Positions 1-13,600 of a stretch of DNA of 64,000 bases are shown piece after piece (positions within the stretch are counted from its first letter, which is position 1; the number at the start of each line of letters is the position of its first letter). The position numbers and the translations under genes are program-made. Source of the stretch: the human T2T-CHM13v2.0 reference genome, Homo sapiens; the NCBI RefSeq assembly GCF_009914755.1, contig NC_060933.1. The stretch is one strand, 5' to 3'. Under the pieces are notes generated by a model. It did not search any database, was not told the origin of the DNA, and saw only the letters and a list, made by a program, of their open reading frames with translations.

Positions 1-1630
1 CCATTCCATTCCATTCCATTCCATTCCATTCCATTCCATTCCTTTCCATTCCATTACGGATGATTCCATTCCATTGCATTCCATTCCATTCCATTCCCCT
101 GTACTCGGGTTGATTCCATTGCATTCCATTCCAATCCATGCCATTCCACTCGTGTTGATTCCATTCTTTCCATTCCATTCAAGTTGAATCCATTCCATTG
201 CATTCCCTTCCATTCCATTCCCCTGTAGTCGGGTTGATTCCATTCCATTCCATTCCATTCCATTCCATTCCATTCCATTCCATTCCATTCCATTCCATTC
301 CGTTCCGTTCCATTCCATTCCATTCCTTTCTATTCGGGTTAATTCCATTCCATTCCATTCCATTCCATTCCATTCCATTCCATTCCAATCGAGTTGATTC
401 CATTCCATTCCAATCCATTCCATTCCATTCCATTCCATTCCACTCCATTCCAGTCCATTCCATTCCATTCCACTCGGGTTGTTTCCAATGTATTCCTTTC
501 CATTCCATTCCATTCCATTGCAATCGAGTTGATTCCATTGCTTTGCATTCGATTCCATTCCATTCCATTCCGGATGATTCCATTCCATTGCATTCCATTC
601 CATTCCATTCCCCTGCACTCGGGTTGATTCCATTCCATTCCACTCCATTCCGTTCCATTGCATTCCATTCCATTGTATTCGGGTTATTTCCATTGCATTC
701 CATTCCATTGTATTCGGGTTAATTCCATTCCATTCCATTCCGTTCCATTCCATTACAATCGAGTTGATTCCATTGCATTCCATTCCATTCCAGTCCTTTC
801 CATTCCATTCCACTCGGGTTGATTCCATTCTATTAGTTTCCATTCCATTCCATTCCCTTCCATTCCACTCTGGTTGATTCCATTCCTTTGCATTCCACTC
901 GAATACATTCCCTCCTATTCCACTCAGAACGATTCCATTCCATTCCATTCCATTCCATTCCATTCCATTCCATTCCATTCCATTCCATTTCGTTCCATTC
1001 CATTCTGTTCCGTATCATTCCATTCCATTCCATTCCATTCCATTCCATTCCATTCCATTCCATTCCATTCCATTGTACTCGGGTTGGTTCCATTCCATTG
1101 CATTCCATTCCATTCCATTCCATTCCATTCCATTCCGTTGCATTCCATTCCATTACATTCGGATTGATTCTATTCAACTCCCTTACTCTCCATTACATTC
1201 CATTCCATTCGGGTTGTTCCATTCCATTCCATTCCATTCCACTCCATTCCATTGCACTCGGGTTGTTTCCATTCCATTCCATTCCATTCCATTCCATTCC
1301 ATTCCATTCCATTCCGGATGATTCCATTCCATTACATTCCGTTCCATTACATTCCCCTGCACTCGCGTTGATTCCATTCCATTCCATTCCATTCCATTCA
1401 ATTCCATTCCATTACAATTCGATCCATTCCATTCTATTCCGTACCATTCCATTCCATTGCATACCATTCCATTCCATTCCATTCCATTCCGTTCCATTCC
1501 GTTCCATTCCATTCAATTCCATTCTATTCGGATTAATTCCATTCCATTACATTCCATTCCATTCTATTCCATTCCATTGCAATCGAGTTGAATCCATTGC
1601 ATTTCATTCCATTCCATTCCATTCCATTCC

Positions 1631-1645
1631 ATTCCGGAAGATTCC
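1631..1645. promoter_or_regulatory. Canonical heat-shock-element match (nTTCn nGAAn nTTCn); first of about 20 copies
   Basis: ATTCCGGAAGATTCC reads aTTCc gGAAg aTTCc. Other copies start at 2434, 3608, 4451, 5989, 7800, 11350, 13173, 14527, 15570, 18525, 21217, 22185, 27027, 30172, 30990, 33216, 34560, 57565 (ATTCTGGAAG variant) and 60457. The motif match is certain; occupancy is not shown. Confidence 0.55.
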
Positions 1646-4600
1646 ATTCCATTGCATTCCATTCCATTCACCTGCACTCGCGTTGATTCCATTCCATTCC
1701 ATTCCATTCCATTCCGTTCCGTTCCATTCCATTCCATTCCATTCCATTCTTTTCGGGTTAATTGCATTCCATTCCATTCGATTGCAATCGAGTTGATTCC
1801 ATTCCATTCCATTCCATTCCATTCCATTCCATTCCATTCCTTTCCATTCCATTACGGATGATTCCATTCCATTGCATTCCGTTCCATTCCATTCCCCTGT
1901 ACCCGGGTTGATTCCATTCCATTCCATTCCAATCCATGCCATTCCACTCGTGTTGATTTCATTCTTTCCATTCCATTCAAGTTGATTCCATTCCATTGCA
2001 TTCCATTCCATTCGATTCCATTCGATTGCACTCGGGTTGATTCCATTCCATTGCATTCCATTCCATTCCTTTCGATTCCATTCCATTCCATTCCGTTCCA
2101 TTCCATTCCATTACATTCGGATTGATTCTATTCAATTCCCTTACACTCCATTACATTCCATTCCATTCGGGTAGTTTCCATTCCATTCCATTCCATTCCT
2201 CTCCATTCCATTGCACTCGGGTTGATTCCATTCCATTGCATTCCATTCCATTCCATTCAATTCTATTCCGTTCCATTCCATTCCATTACATTCGGATTGA
2301 TTCTATTCAACTCCCTTACTCTCCATTACATTCCATTCCATTCGGGTTGTTCCATTCCATTCCATTCCATTCCACTCCATTCCATTGGACTCGGGTTGAT
2401 TCCATTCCATTCCATTCCATTCCATTCCATTCCATTCCGGAAGATTCCATTCGATTGCATTCCATTCCATTCCATTCCCCTGCACTCGCGTTGATTCCAT
2501 TCCTTTCCATTCCATTCCATTCCATTCCATTCCATTGCATTCCCATCCGTTCCGTTCCATTCCATTCCATTCCATTCCGTTCCGTTCCATTCCATTCCAT
2601 TCCATTCCATTCCATTCTATTCGGGTTAATTCCATTCCATTCCATTCAATTGCAATCGAGTTGATTCCATTCCATTCCATTCCATTCCATTCCATTCCAT
2701 TCCTTTCCATTACATTACGGATGATTCCATTCCATTGCATTCCATTCCATTCCATTCCCCTGTACTCGGGTTGATTCCATTCCATTCCATTCCAATCCAT
2801 GCCATTCCACTCGTGTTGATTCCATTCTTTCCATTCCATTCAAGTTGAATCCATTCCATTGCATTCCATTCCATTCGATTCCATTCGATTGCACTCGGGT
2901 TGATTCCATGGCATTGCATTCCATTCCATTCCATTCCATTCCATTCCATTCCATTCCTTTCCATTCCATTCCATTCCATTCCATTCGGATTCATTCTATT
3001 CAATTCCCTTACACTCCATTCCATTCCATTCCATTCGTGTACTTTCCATTCCATTCCATTCCATTCCTCTCCATTCCATTGCACTCGGGTTGATTCCATT
3101 CCATTCCATTCCATTCCATTCCATTCCATTCCATTCCATTCCATTCCGGATGATTCCATTCCATTGAATTCCATTCCATTCCGTTCCCCTGCACTTGGGT
3201 TGATTCCATTCCATTCCTTTCTGTTCCATTCCATTCCATTCCATTCCATTCTATTCGTGTTAATTCCGTTCCATTCTATTCCATTCCATTCCATTGAAAT
3301 CGAGTTGATTCCATTCCATTCAATTCCATTCCATTCCATTCCATTCCATTCCTTTCCGGATGATTCCATTCCATTGCATTCCATTCCATTCCATTCCCCT
3401 GCGCTCGGGTTGATTCCATTCCATTCCATTCCATACCATTCCATTCCATTGCATTCCATTCCATTCCGTTCCATTCCGTTCCATTCCATTCCATTCCATT
3501 CTATTCGAATTAATTCCATTCCATTCCATTCCATTCCATTCTATTCCATTCCATTGCAATCGAGTTCAATCCATTGCATTTCATTCCATTCCATTCCATT
3601 CCATTCCATTCCGGAAGATTCCATTCCATTGCATTCCATTCCATTCCATTCCCCTGCACTCGCGTTGATTCCATTCCATTCCATTCCTTTCCATTCCATT
3701 CCATTCCGTTCTGTTCCATTCCATTCCATTCCATTCCATTCCATTCCGTTCCGTTCCATTCCATTCCATTCCATTCTATTAGGGTTAATTCCATTCCATT
3801 CCATTCGATTGCAATCGAGTTGATTCCATTCCATTCCATTCCATTCCATTCCATTCCATTCCATTCCTTTCCTTTCCATTACGGATGTTTCCATTCCATT
3901 GCATTCCGTTCCATTCCATTCCCCTGTACTCGGGTTGATTCCATTCCATTCCATTCCAATCCATGCCATTCCACTCGTGTTGATTCCATTCTTTCCATTC
4001 CATTCAAGTTGAATCCGTTCCATTGCATTCCATTCCATTCGATTCCATTCGATTGCGCTCGGGTTGATTCCATTCCATTGCATTCCATTCCATTCCATTC
4101 CATTCCATTCCATTCCATTCCATTCCGTTCCATTCCATTCCATTACATTCGGATTGATTCTATTCAATTCCCTTACACTCCATTACATTCCATTCCATTC
4201 TGGTAGTTTCCATTCCATTCCATTCCATTCCTCTCCATTCCATTGCACTCGGGTTGATTCCATTCCATTGCATTCCATTCCATTCCATTCAATTCCATTC
4301 CGTTCCATTCCATTCCATTATATTCGGATTGATTCTATTCAACTCCCTTACTCTCCATTTCATTCCATTCCATTCGGGTTGTTCCATTCCATTCCATTCC
4401 ATTCCACTCCATTCCATTGCACTCGGGTTGATTCCATTCCATTCCATTCCATTCCGGAAGATTCCATTCCATTGCATTCCATTCCATTCCATTCCCCTGC
4501 ACTCGCGTTGATTCCATTCCATTCCATTCTATTCCATTCCATTCCCTTCCTTTCCGTTCCATTCCATTCCATTCCATTCCATTCCATTCCATTCCGTTCC

Positions 4601-7600
4601 ATTCCATTCCATTCCATTCTATTCGGATTAATTCCATTCCATTCCATTCGATTGCATTCGAGTTGATTCCATTCCATTCCATTCCATTCCATTCCATTCC
4701 ATTCCTTTCCATTGCATTACGGATGATTCCATTCCATTGCATTCCATTCCATTCCATTCCCCTATACTCGGGTTGATTCCATTCAATTCCATTCCAATCC
4801 ATGCCACTCCACTCGTGTTGATTCCGTTCTTTCCATTCCATTCAAGTTGAATCCATTCCATTGCATTCCATTCCATTCGATTCCATTCGATTGCAGTCGG
4901 GTTGATTCCATTCCATTGCATTCCATTCCATTCCATTCCATTCCATTCCATTCCATTCCATTCCGTTCCATTCCATTTCATTACATTCAGATTGATTCTA
5001 TTCAATTCCCTTACACTCCATTATATTCCAATCCATTCTGGTTGTCTCCATTCCATTCCATTCCATTTCACTCCATTCCATTGCACTCAGGTTGATTCCA
5101 TTCCATTCCATTCCATTGCATTCCATTCCATTCCATTCCGGATGATTCCATTCCATTGCATTCCATTCCATTCCATTCCCCTGCACTCGGGTTGATTCCA
5201 TTCCATTCCATTACATTGCATTCCGTTCCATTCCATTCCATTCCATTCGGATTGATTCTGTTTAATTCCCTTACACTCCATTACATTCCATTCCATTCGG
5301 GTAGTTTCCATTCCATTCCATTCCATTCCTCTCCATTCCATTGCACTCGGGTTGATTCCATTCCATTCCATTCCATTCCATTACATTACATTCCATTCCG
5401 TTCCATTGTACTCGGGTTGATTCCATTCCATTGCATTCAATTCCATTCCATTCCATTCTATTTCATTCCATTCCGTTCCATTGCATTACATTCGGATTGA
5501 TTCTATTCAACTCCCTTACTCTCCATTACATTCCATTCCATTCGGGTTGTTCCATTCCATTCCATTCCATTCCACTCCATTCCATTGCGCTCGGGTTGAT
5601 TCCATTCCATTCCATTCCATTCCATTCCATTCCATTCCATTCCATTCCGGATGATTCCATTCCATTGCATTCCGTTCCATTACATTCCCCTGCACTCGGG
5701 TTGATTCCATTCCATTCCATTCCATTCCATTCCATTCCATTCCATTCCTATTCTTCCCATTCCATTCTATTCCGTACCATTCCATTCCAATCCATACAAT
5801 TCCATTCCATTCCATTCCACTCCGTTCCGTTCCGTTCTGTTCCGTTCCATTCCATTCCATTCCATTCTATTCGGTTTAATTCCATTCCATTCCATTCCAT
5901 TCCATTCTATTCCAATCCATTGCAATCGAGTTGAATCCATTGCATTCCATTCCATTCCATTCCATTCCATTCCATTCCATTCCATTCCATTCCGGAAGAT
6001 TCCATTCCATTGCATTCCATTCCATTCCATTCCATTCCATTCCATTCCATTGTACTCGGGTTGATTCCATTCCATTGCATTCCATTCCATTCCATTCCAT
6101 TCCATTCCATTCCATTCCATTTCGTTCCATTCCATTCTATTCGGTATCATTCCATTACATTCCATTCCATTCCATTAAATTCCATTCCATTGCATTCCAT
6201 TCCATTGTACTCGGGTTGATTCCATTCCATTGCATTCCATTCCATTCCATTCCATTCCATTCCGTTGCATTCCATTCCATTATATTCGGATTGATTCTAT
6301 TCAACTCCCTTACTCTCCATTACATTCCATTCCATTCGGGTTGTTCCATTCCATTCCATTCCATTCCACTCCATTCCATTGCACTCGGGTTGATTCCATT
6401 CCATTCCATTCCATTCCATTCCGAATGATTCCATTCCATTGCATTCCGTTCCATTACATTCCCCTGCACTCGCGTTGATTCCATTCCATTCCATTCCATT
6501 CCATTCCATTCCATTCCTTTCCATTCCATTCCATTCCATTCCATTCCATTCCGTTCCGTTCCATTCCATTCCATTCCATTCTATTCGGGTTAATTCCATT
6601 CCATTCCATTCGATTGCAATCGAGTTGATTCCATTCCATTCCATTCCATTCCATTCCATTCCAGTCCTTTCCATTCCTTTCCATTCCATTACTGATGATT
6701 CCATTCCATTGCATTCCATTCCATTCCATTCCCCTGTACTCGGGTTGATTCCATTCCATTCCATTCCAATCCATGCCATTCCACTCGTGTTGATTCCATT
6801 CTTTCCTTTCCATTCAAGTTGAATCCATTCCATTGCATTCCATTGCATTCGATTCCATTCGATTGCACTCGGGTTGATTCCATTCCATTGCATTCCATTT
6901 CATTCCATTCCATTCCATTCCGTTCCATTCCATTTCATTACATTCAGATTGATTCTTTTCAATTCCCTTACACTCCATAATATTCCAATCCATTCTGGTT
7001 GTTTCCATTCCGTTCCATTCCATTCCATTCCGTTCCGTTCCGTTCCGTTCCGTTCCGTTCCATTCCATTCCATTCCATTCCATTCCGTTCCGTTCCATTC
7101 CATTCCATTCCATTCTATTCGGATTAATTCCATTCCATTCCATTCGATTGCAATTGTGTTGATTCCATTCCATTCCATTCCATTCCATTCCATTCCATTC
7201 CATTCCTTTCCATTCCATTACGGATGATTCCCTTCCATTGCATTCCATTCCATTCCATTCCCCTGTACTCGGGTTGATTCCATTCCATTGCATTCCAATT
7301 CATGCCCTTCCACTCGTGTTGATTCCATTCTTTCCATTCCATTCAAGTTGAATCCATTCTATTGCATTCCATTCCATTCGATTCCATTCGATTGCACTCG
7401 GGTTGATTCCATTCCATTGCATTCCATTCCATTCCATTCCATTCCATTCCATTCCGTTCCTTTCCATTCCATTATATTCGGATTGAATCTATTCAATTCC
7501 CTTACACTCCATTACATTCCATTCCATTCGGGTAGTTTCCATTCCATTCCATTCCATTCCTCTCCATTCCATTGCACTCGGGTTGATTCCATTCCATTGC

Positions 7601-10600
7601 ATTCCATTCCATTCCATTCAATTCCATTCCGTTCCATTCCATTCCATTACATTCGGATTGATTCTATTCAACTCCCTTACTCTCCATTACATTCCATTCC
7701 ATTCGGGTTGTTCCATTCCATTCCATTCCATTCCACTCCATTCCATTGCACTCGGGTTTATTCCACTCCATTCCATTCCATTCCATTCAATTCCATTCCA
7801 TTCCGGAAGATTCCATTCCATTGCATTCCATTCCATTCCATTCCCCTGCAATCGCGTTGATTCCATTCCATTCCATTCCATTCCATTCCATTCCATTCCA
7901 TTCCTTTCCGTTCCATTCCATTCCATTCCATTCCATTCCATTCCATTCCATTGCATTCCGTTCAGTTCCGTTCCGTTCCGTTCCATTCCATTCCATTCCA
8001 TTCTATTCGGGTTAATTCCATTCCATTCCATTCGATTGCAATCGAGTCAATTCCATTCCATTCCATTCCATTCCATTACATTCCATTCCATTCCATTCCA
8101 TTCCATTACGGATGATTCCATTCCATTGCATTCCATTCCATTCCATTCCCCTGTACTCGGGTTGATTCCATTCCATTCCATTCCAATCCATGCCATTCCA
8201 CTCGTGTTGATTCCATTCTTTCCATTGCATTCAAGTTGAATCCATTCCATTGCATTCCATTCCATTCCATTCCCCTGCAGTCGGGTTGATTCCATTCCAT
8301 TCCATTCCATTCCATTCCATTCCATTCCATTCCGTTCCGTTCCATTCCATTGCATTCCTTTCTATTCGGGTTAATTCCATTCCATTCCATTCCATTCCAT
8401 TCCATTTCAATCAAGTTGATTCCATTCCATTCCATTCCAATCCATTCCATTCCATTCCATTCCATTCCACTCCATTCCAGTCCTTTCCATTCCATTCCAC
8501 TCTGGTTGATTCCAATGTATTCCTTTCCATTCCATTCCATTCCATTGCAATCGAGTTGATTCCATTGCTTTGCATTCCATTCCATTCCGGATGATTCCAT
8601 TCCATTGCATTGCATTGCATTCCATTCCCCTGCACTCGGGTTGATTCCATTCCATTCCACTCCATTCCGTTCCATTCCATTCCATTCCATTGTATTCGGG
8701 TTAATTCCATTCCATTCCATTCCATTCCATTCCATTCCATTACAATCGAGTTTATTCCATTCCATTCCATTCCATTCCAGTCCTTTCCATTCCATTCCAC
8801 TCGGGTTGATTCCATTCTGTTAGTTTCCATTCCATTCCATTCCCTTCCATTCCACTCTGGTTGATTCCATTCCTTTGCATTCCACTCGAATACATTCCCT
8901 CCTATTCCACTCGGAACGATTCCATTCCATTCCATTCCATTCCATTCCATTCCATTCTATTTCGTTCCATTCCATTCAATTCCGTATCGTTCCATTCCAT
9001 TCCATTCCATTCCATTCCATTGTACTCGGGTTGATTCCATTCCATTGCATTCCATTCCATTCCATTCCATTCCTTTCCGTTGCATTCCATTCCATTACAT
9101 TCGGATTGATTCTATTCAACTCCCTTACTCTCCATTACATTCCATTCCATTCGGGTTGTTCCATTCCATTCCATTCCATTCCACTCCATTCCATTGCACT
9201 AGGGTTGATTCCATTCCATTCCATTCCATTCCATTCCGGATGATTCCATTCCATTGCATTCCGTTCCATTACATTCCCCTGCACTCGCGTTGATTCCATT
9301 CCATTCCATTCAATTCCATTCCATTACAATTCGTTCCATTCCATTCTATTCCGTACCATTCCATTCCATTCCATACCATTCCATTCCATTCCATTCCATT
9401 CCATTCCGTTCCATTCCGTTCCATTCCATTCCATTCCATTCCATTCCATTCCATTCCATTCTATTCCATTCCATTGCAATCGAGTTGAATCCATTGCATT
9501 TCATTCCATTCCATTCCATTCCATTCCATTCCATTCCATTCCGTTCCGTTCCATTCCATTCCATTCCATTCCATTCCATTCCGTTCCGTTCCATTCCATT
9601 CCATTCCATTCTATTCGGGTTAATTCCATTCCATTCCATTCGATTGCAATCGAGTTGATTCCATTCCATTCTATTCCATTCCATTCCATTCCATTCCCTT
9701 CCTTTCCATTCCATTACGGATGATTCCATTCCATTGCATTCCATTCCATTCCATTCCCCTGTACTCGGGTTGATTCCATTCCATTCTATTCCAATCCATG
9801 CCATTCCACTCGTGTTGATTCCATTCTTTCCATTCCATTCAAGTTGAATCCATTCCATTGCATTCCATTCCATTCCATTCCCCTGAATTCGGGTTGATTC
9901 CATTCTATTCCATTCCATTCCATTCCATTCCATTCCATTCCGTTCCGTTCCATTCCATTCCATTCCATTCTATTCGGGTTAATTCCATTCCATTCCATTC
10001 CATTCCATTCCAATCGAGTTGATTCCATTCCATTCCATTCCATTCCATTCCACTCCATTCAAGTCCTTTCCATACCATTCCACTCGGGTTGATTCCAATG
10101 TATTCCTTTCCATTCCATTCCATTCCATTGCAATCGAGTTGATTCCATTGCTTTCCATTCCATTCCATTACATTCCATTCCGGATGATTCCATTACATTG
10201 CATTCCATTCCATTCCATTCCCCTGCACTCGGGTTGATTCCATTCCATTCCACTCCATTCCGTTCCATTCCATTCCATTCCATTGTATTCGGGTTAATTC
10301 CATTCCATTCCATTCCATTCCATTCCATTCCATTACAATCGAGTTGATTCCATTCCATTCCATTCCATTCCAGTCCTTTCCATTCCATTCCACTCGGGTT
10401 GATTCCATTCTATTAGTTTCCATTCCATTCCATTCCCTTCCATTCCACTCTGGTTGATACCATTCCTTTCCATTCCACTCGAATACATTCCCTCCTATTC
10501 CACTCGGAACGATTCCATTCCATTCCATTCCATTCCAATCCATTCCATTTCGTTCCATTCCATTCTATTCCGTATCATTCCATTCCATTCCATTCCATTC

Positions 10601-13600
10601 CATTCCATTCCATTCCATTCCTTTCCATTGTACTCGGGTTGATTCAATTCCATTGCATTCCATTCCATTCCATTCCATTCCATTACATTCCGTTTCATTC
10701 CATTCCATTACATTCGGATTGATTCTATTCAACTCCCTTACTCTCCATTACATTCCATTCCATTCGGGTTGTTCCATTCCATTCCATTCCATTCCACTCC
10801 ATTCTATTGCACTTGGGTTGATTCCATTCCATTCCATTCCATTCCATTCCATTCCGTTCCATTCCATTACATTCGGATTGATTCTATTCAACTCCCTTAC
10901 TCTCCATTACATTCCATTCCATTCGGGTTGTTCCATTCCATTCCATTCCATTCCACTCCATTCCATTGCGCTCGGGTTGATTCCATTCCATTCCATTCCA
11001 TTCCATTCCATTCCGGATGATTCCATTCCATTGCATTCCGTTCCATTACATTCCCCTGCACTCGGGTTGATTCCATTCCATTCCATTCCATTCCATTCGA
11101 TTCCATTCCATTCCAATTCTTTCCATTCCATTCTATTCCGTAGCATTCCATTCCATTCCATACAATTCCATTCCATTCCATTCCACTCCGTTCCGTTCCG
11201 TTCCGTTCCGTTCTGTTCCGCTCCATTCCATTCCATTCCATTCTATTCGGTTTAATTCCATTCCATTCCATTCCATTCCATTCCATTCTATTCCATTCCA
11301 TTGCAATCGAGTTGAATCCAGTGCATTCCATTCCATTCCATTCCATTCAATTCCGGAAGATTCCATTCCATTGCATTCCATTCCATTCCATTCCATTCCA
11401 TTCCATTCCATTCCATTCCATTCCATTGTACTCGGGTTGATTCCATTCCATTGCATTCCATTCCATTCCATTCCATTCCATTCCATTCCATTCCATTCCA
11501 TTGCGTTCCATTCCATTCCATTACATTCGGATTGATTCTTTTCAACTCCCTTACTCTCCATTACATTCAATTCCATTCGGGTTGTTCCATTCCATTCCTT
11601 TCCATTGCACTTCATTCCATTGCACTCTGGTTGATTCCATTCCATTCCATTCCATTCCATTCCGGATGATTCCATTCCATTGCATTCCGTTCCATTCCAT
11701 TCCATTCCATTCCGTTGCATTCCATTCCATTACATTCGGATTGATTCTATTCAACTACCTTACTCTCCATTACATTCCATTCCATTCGGGTTGTTCCATT
11801 CCATTCCATTCCATTCCACTCCATTCCATTGCACTCGGGTTGATTCCATTCCATTCCATTCCATTCCATTCCATTCCATTCCATGCCATTCCGGATGATT
11901 CCATTCCATTGCATTCCGTTCCATTACATTCTCCTGCACTCGCGTTGATTCCATTCCATTCCATTCAATTCCATTCCATTACAATTCGTTCCATTCCATT
12001 CTATTCCGTACCATTCCATTCCATTCCATACCATTCCATTCCATTCCATTCCATTCCATTCCGTTCCATTCCGTTCCATTCCATTCCATTCCATTCTATT
12101 CGAATTAATTCCATTCCTTTCCATTCCATTCCATTCCATTCCGTTCCATTCCAATCGAGTTGATTCCATTCCATTCCATTCCATTCCATTCCATTCCACT
12201 CCATTCCAGTCCTTTCCATTCCATTCCACTCGGGTTGATTCCAATTTATTCCTTTCCATTCCATTCCATTCCATTGCAATCGAGTTGATTCCATTGCTTT
12301 GCATTCCATTCCATTCCATTCCATTCCGGATGATTCCATTCCATTGCATTCCATTCCATTCCATTCCCCTGCACTCGGGTTGATTCCATTCCATTCCACT
12401 CCATTCCGTTCCATTCCATTCCATTCCATTATATTTGGGTTAATTCCATTCCATTCCATTCCATTCCATTCCATTCCATTCCATTACAATCGAGTTGATT
12501 CCATTCCATTCCATTCCATTCCAGTCCTTTCCATTCCATTCCACTCGGGTTGATTCCATTCTATTAGTTTCCATTCCATTCCATTCCCTTCCATTCCACT
12601 CTGGTTGATACCATTCCTTTCCATTCCACTCGAATACATTCCCTCCTATTCCACTCGGAACGATTCCATTCCATTCCATTCCATTCCATTCCATTTCGTT
12701 CCATTCCAGTCTATTCCGTATCATTCCATTCCATTCCATTCGATTCCATTCCATTCCATTCCATTCCATTCCATTCCATTCCATTGTACTCCGGTTGATT
12801 CAATTCCATTGCATTCCATTCCATTCCATTCCATTCCATTCCATTCCGGATGATTCCATTCCATTGCATTCCGTTCCATTACATTCCCCTGCACTCGCGT
12901 TGATTCCATTCCATTCCATTCAATTCCATTCCATTACAATTCGTTCCATTCCATTCTATTCCGTACCATTCCATTCCATTCCATAGCATTCCATTCCATT
13001 CCATTCCATTCCATTCCGTTCCATTCCGTTCCATTCCATTCCATTCCATTCTATTCGGATTAATTCCATTCCATTCCATTCCATTCTATTCCATTCCATT
13101 GCAATCGAGTTGAATCCATTGCATTTCATTCCATTCCATTCCATTCCATTCCATTCCATTCCATTCCATTCCATTCCGGAAGATTCCAATCCATTGCATT
13201 CCATTCCATTCCATTCCCCTGCACTCGCGTTGATTCCATTCCATTCCATTCCATTCCATTCCATTCCATTCCATTCCGTTCCGTTCCATTCCATTCCATT
13301 CCATTCCATTCCGTTCCGTTCCGTTCCATTCCATTCCATTCCATTCTATTCGGGTTAATTCCATTCCATTCCATTCCATTCCATTCCAATCGAGTTGATT
13401 CCATTCCATTCCATTCCATTCCATTCCACTCCATTCCAGTCCTTTCCATTCCATTCCACTCGGGTTGATTCCAATGTATTCCTTTCCATTCCATTCCATT
13501 CCATTGCAATCCAGTTGATTCCATTGCTTTGCATTCCATTCCATTCCATTCCATTCCGGATGATTCCATTCCATTGCATTCCATTCCATTCCATTCCCTG

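Noticed and set aside
897-935. CTCGAATACATTCCCTCCTATTCCACTCGGAACG-type word as a promoter or foreign insert
   Set aside because: It stays in the 5-bp register, recurs about a dozen times, and is explained as a heavily substituted satellite module. Its GAA is out of phase for an HSE.
163-1961. Fixed 1.8-kb higher-order repeat suggested by the first module spacing
   Set aside because: Later spacings range from about 0.5 to 5 kb, so there is no constant unit and no basis for assigning a chromosome from it.
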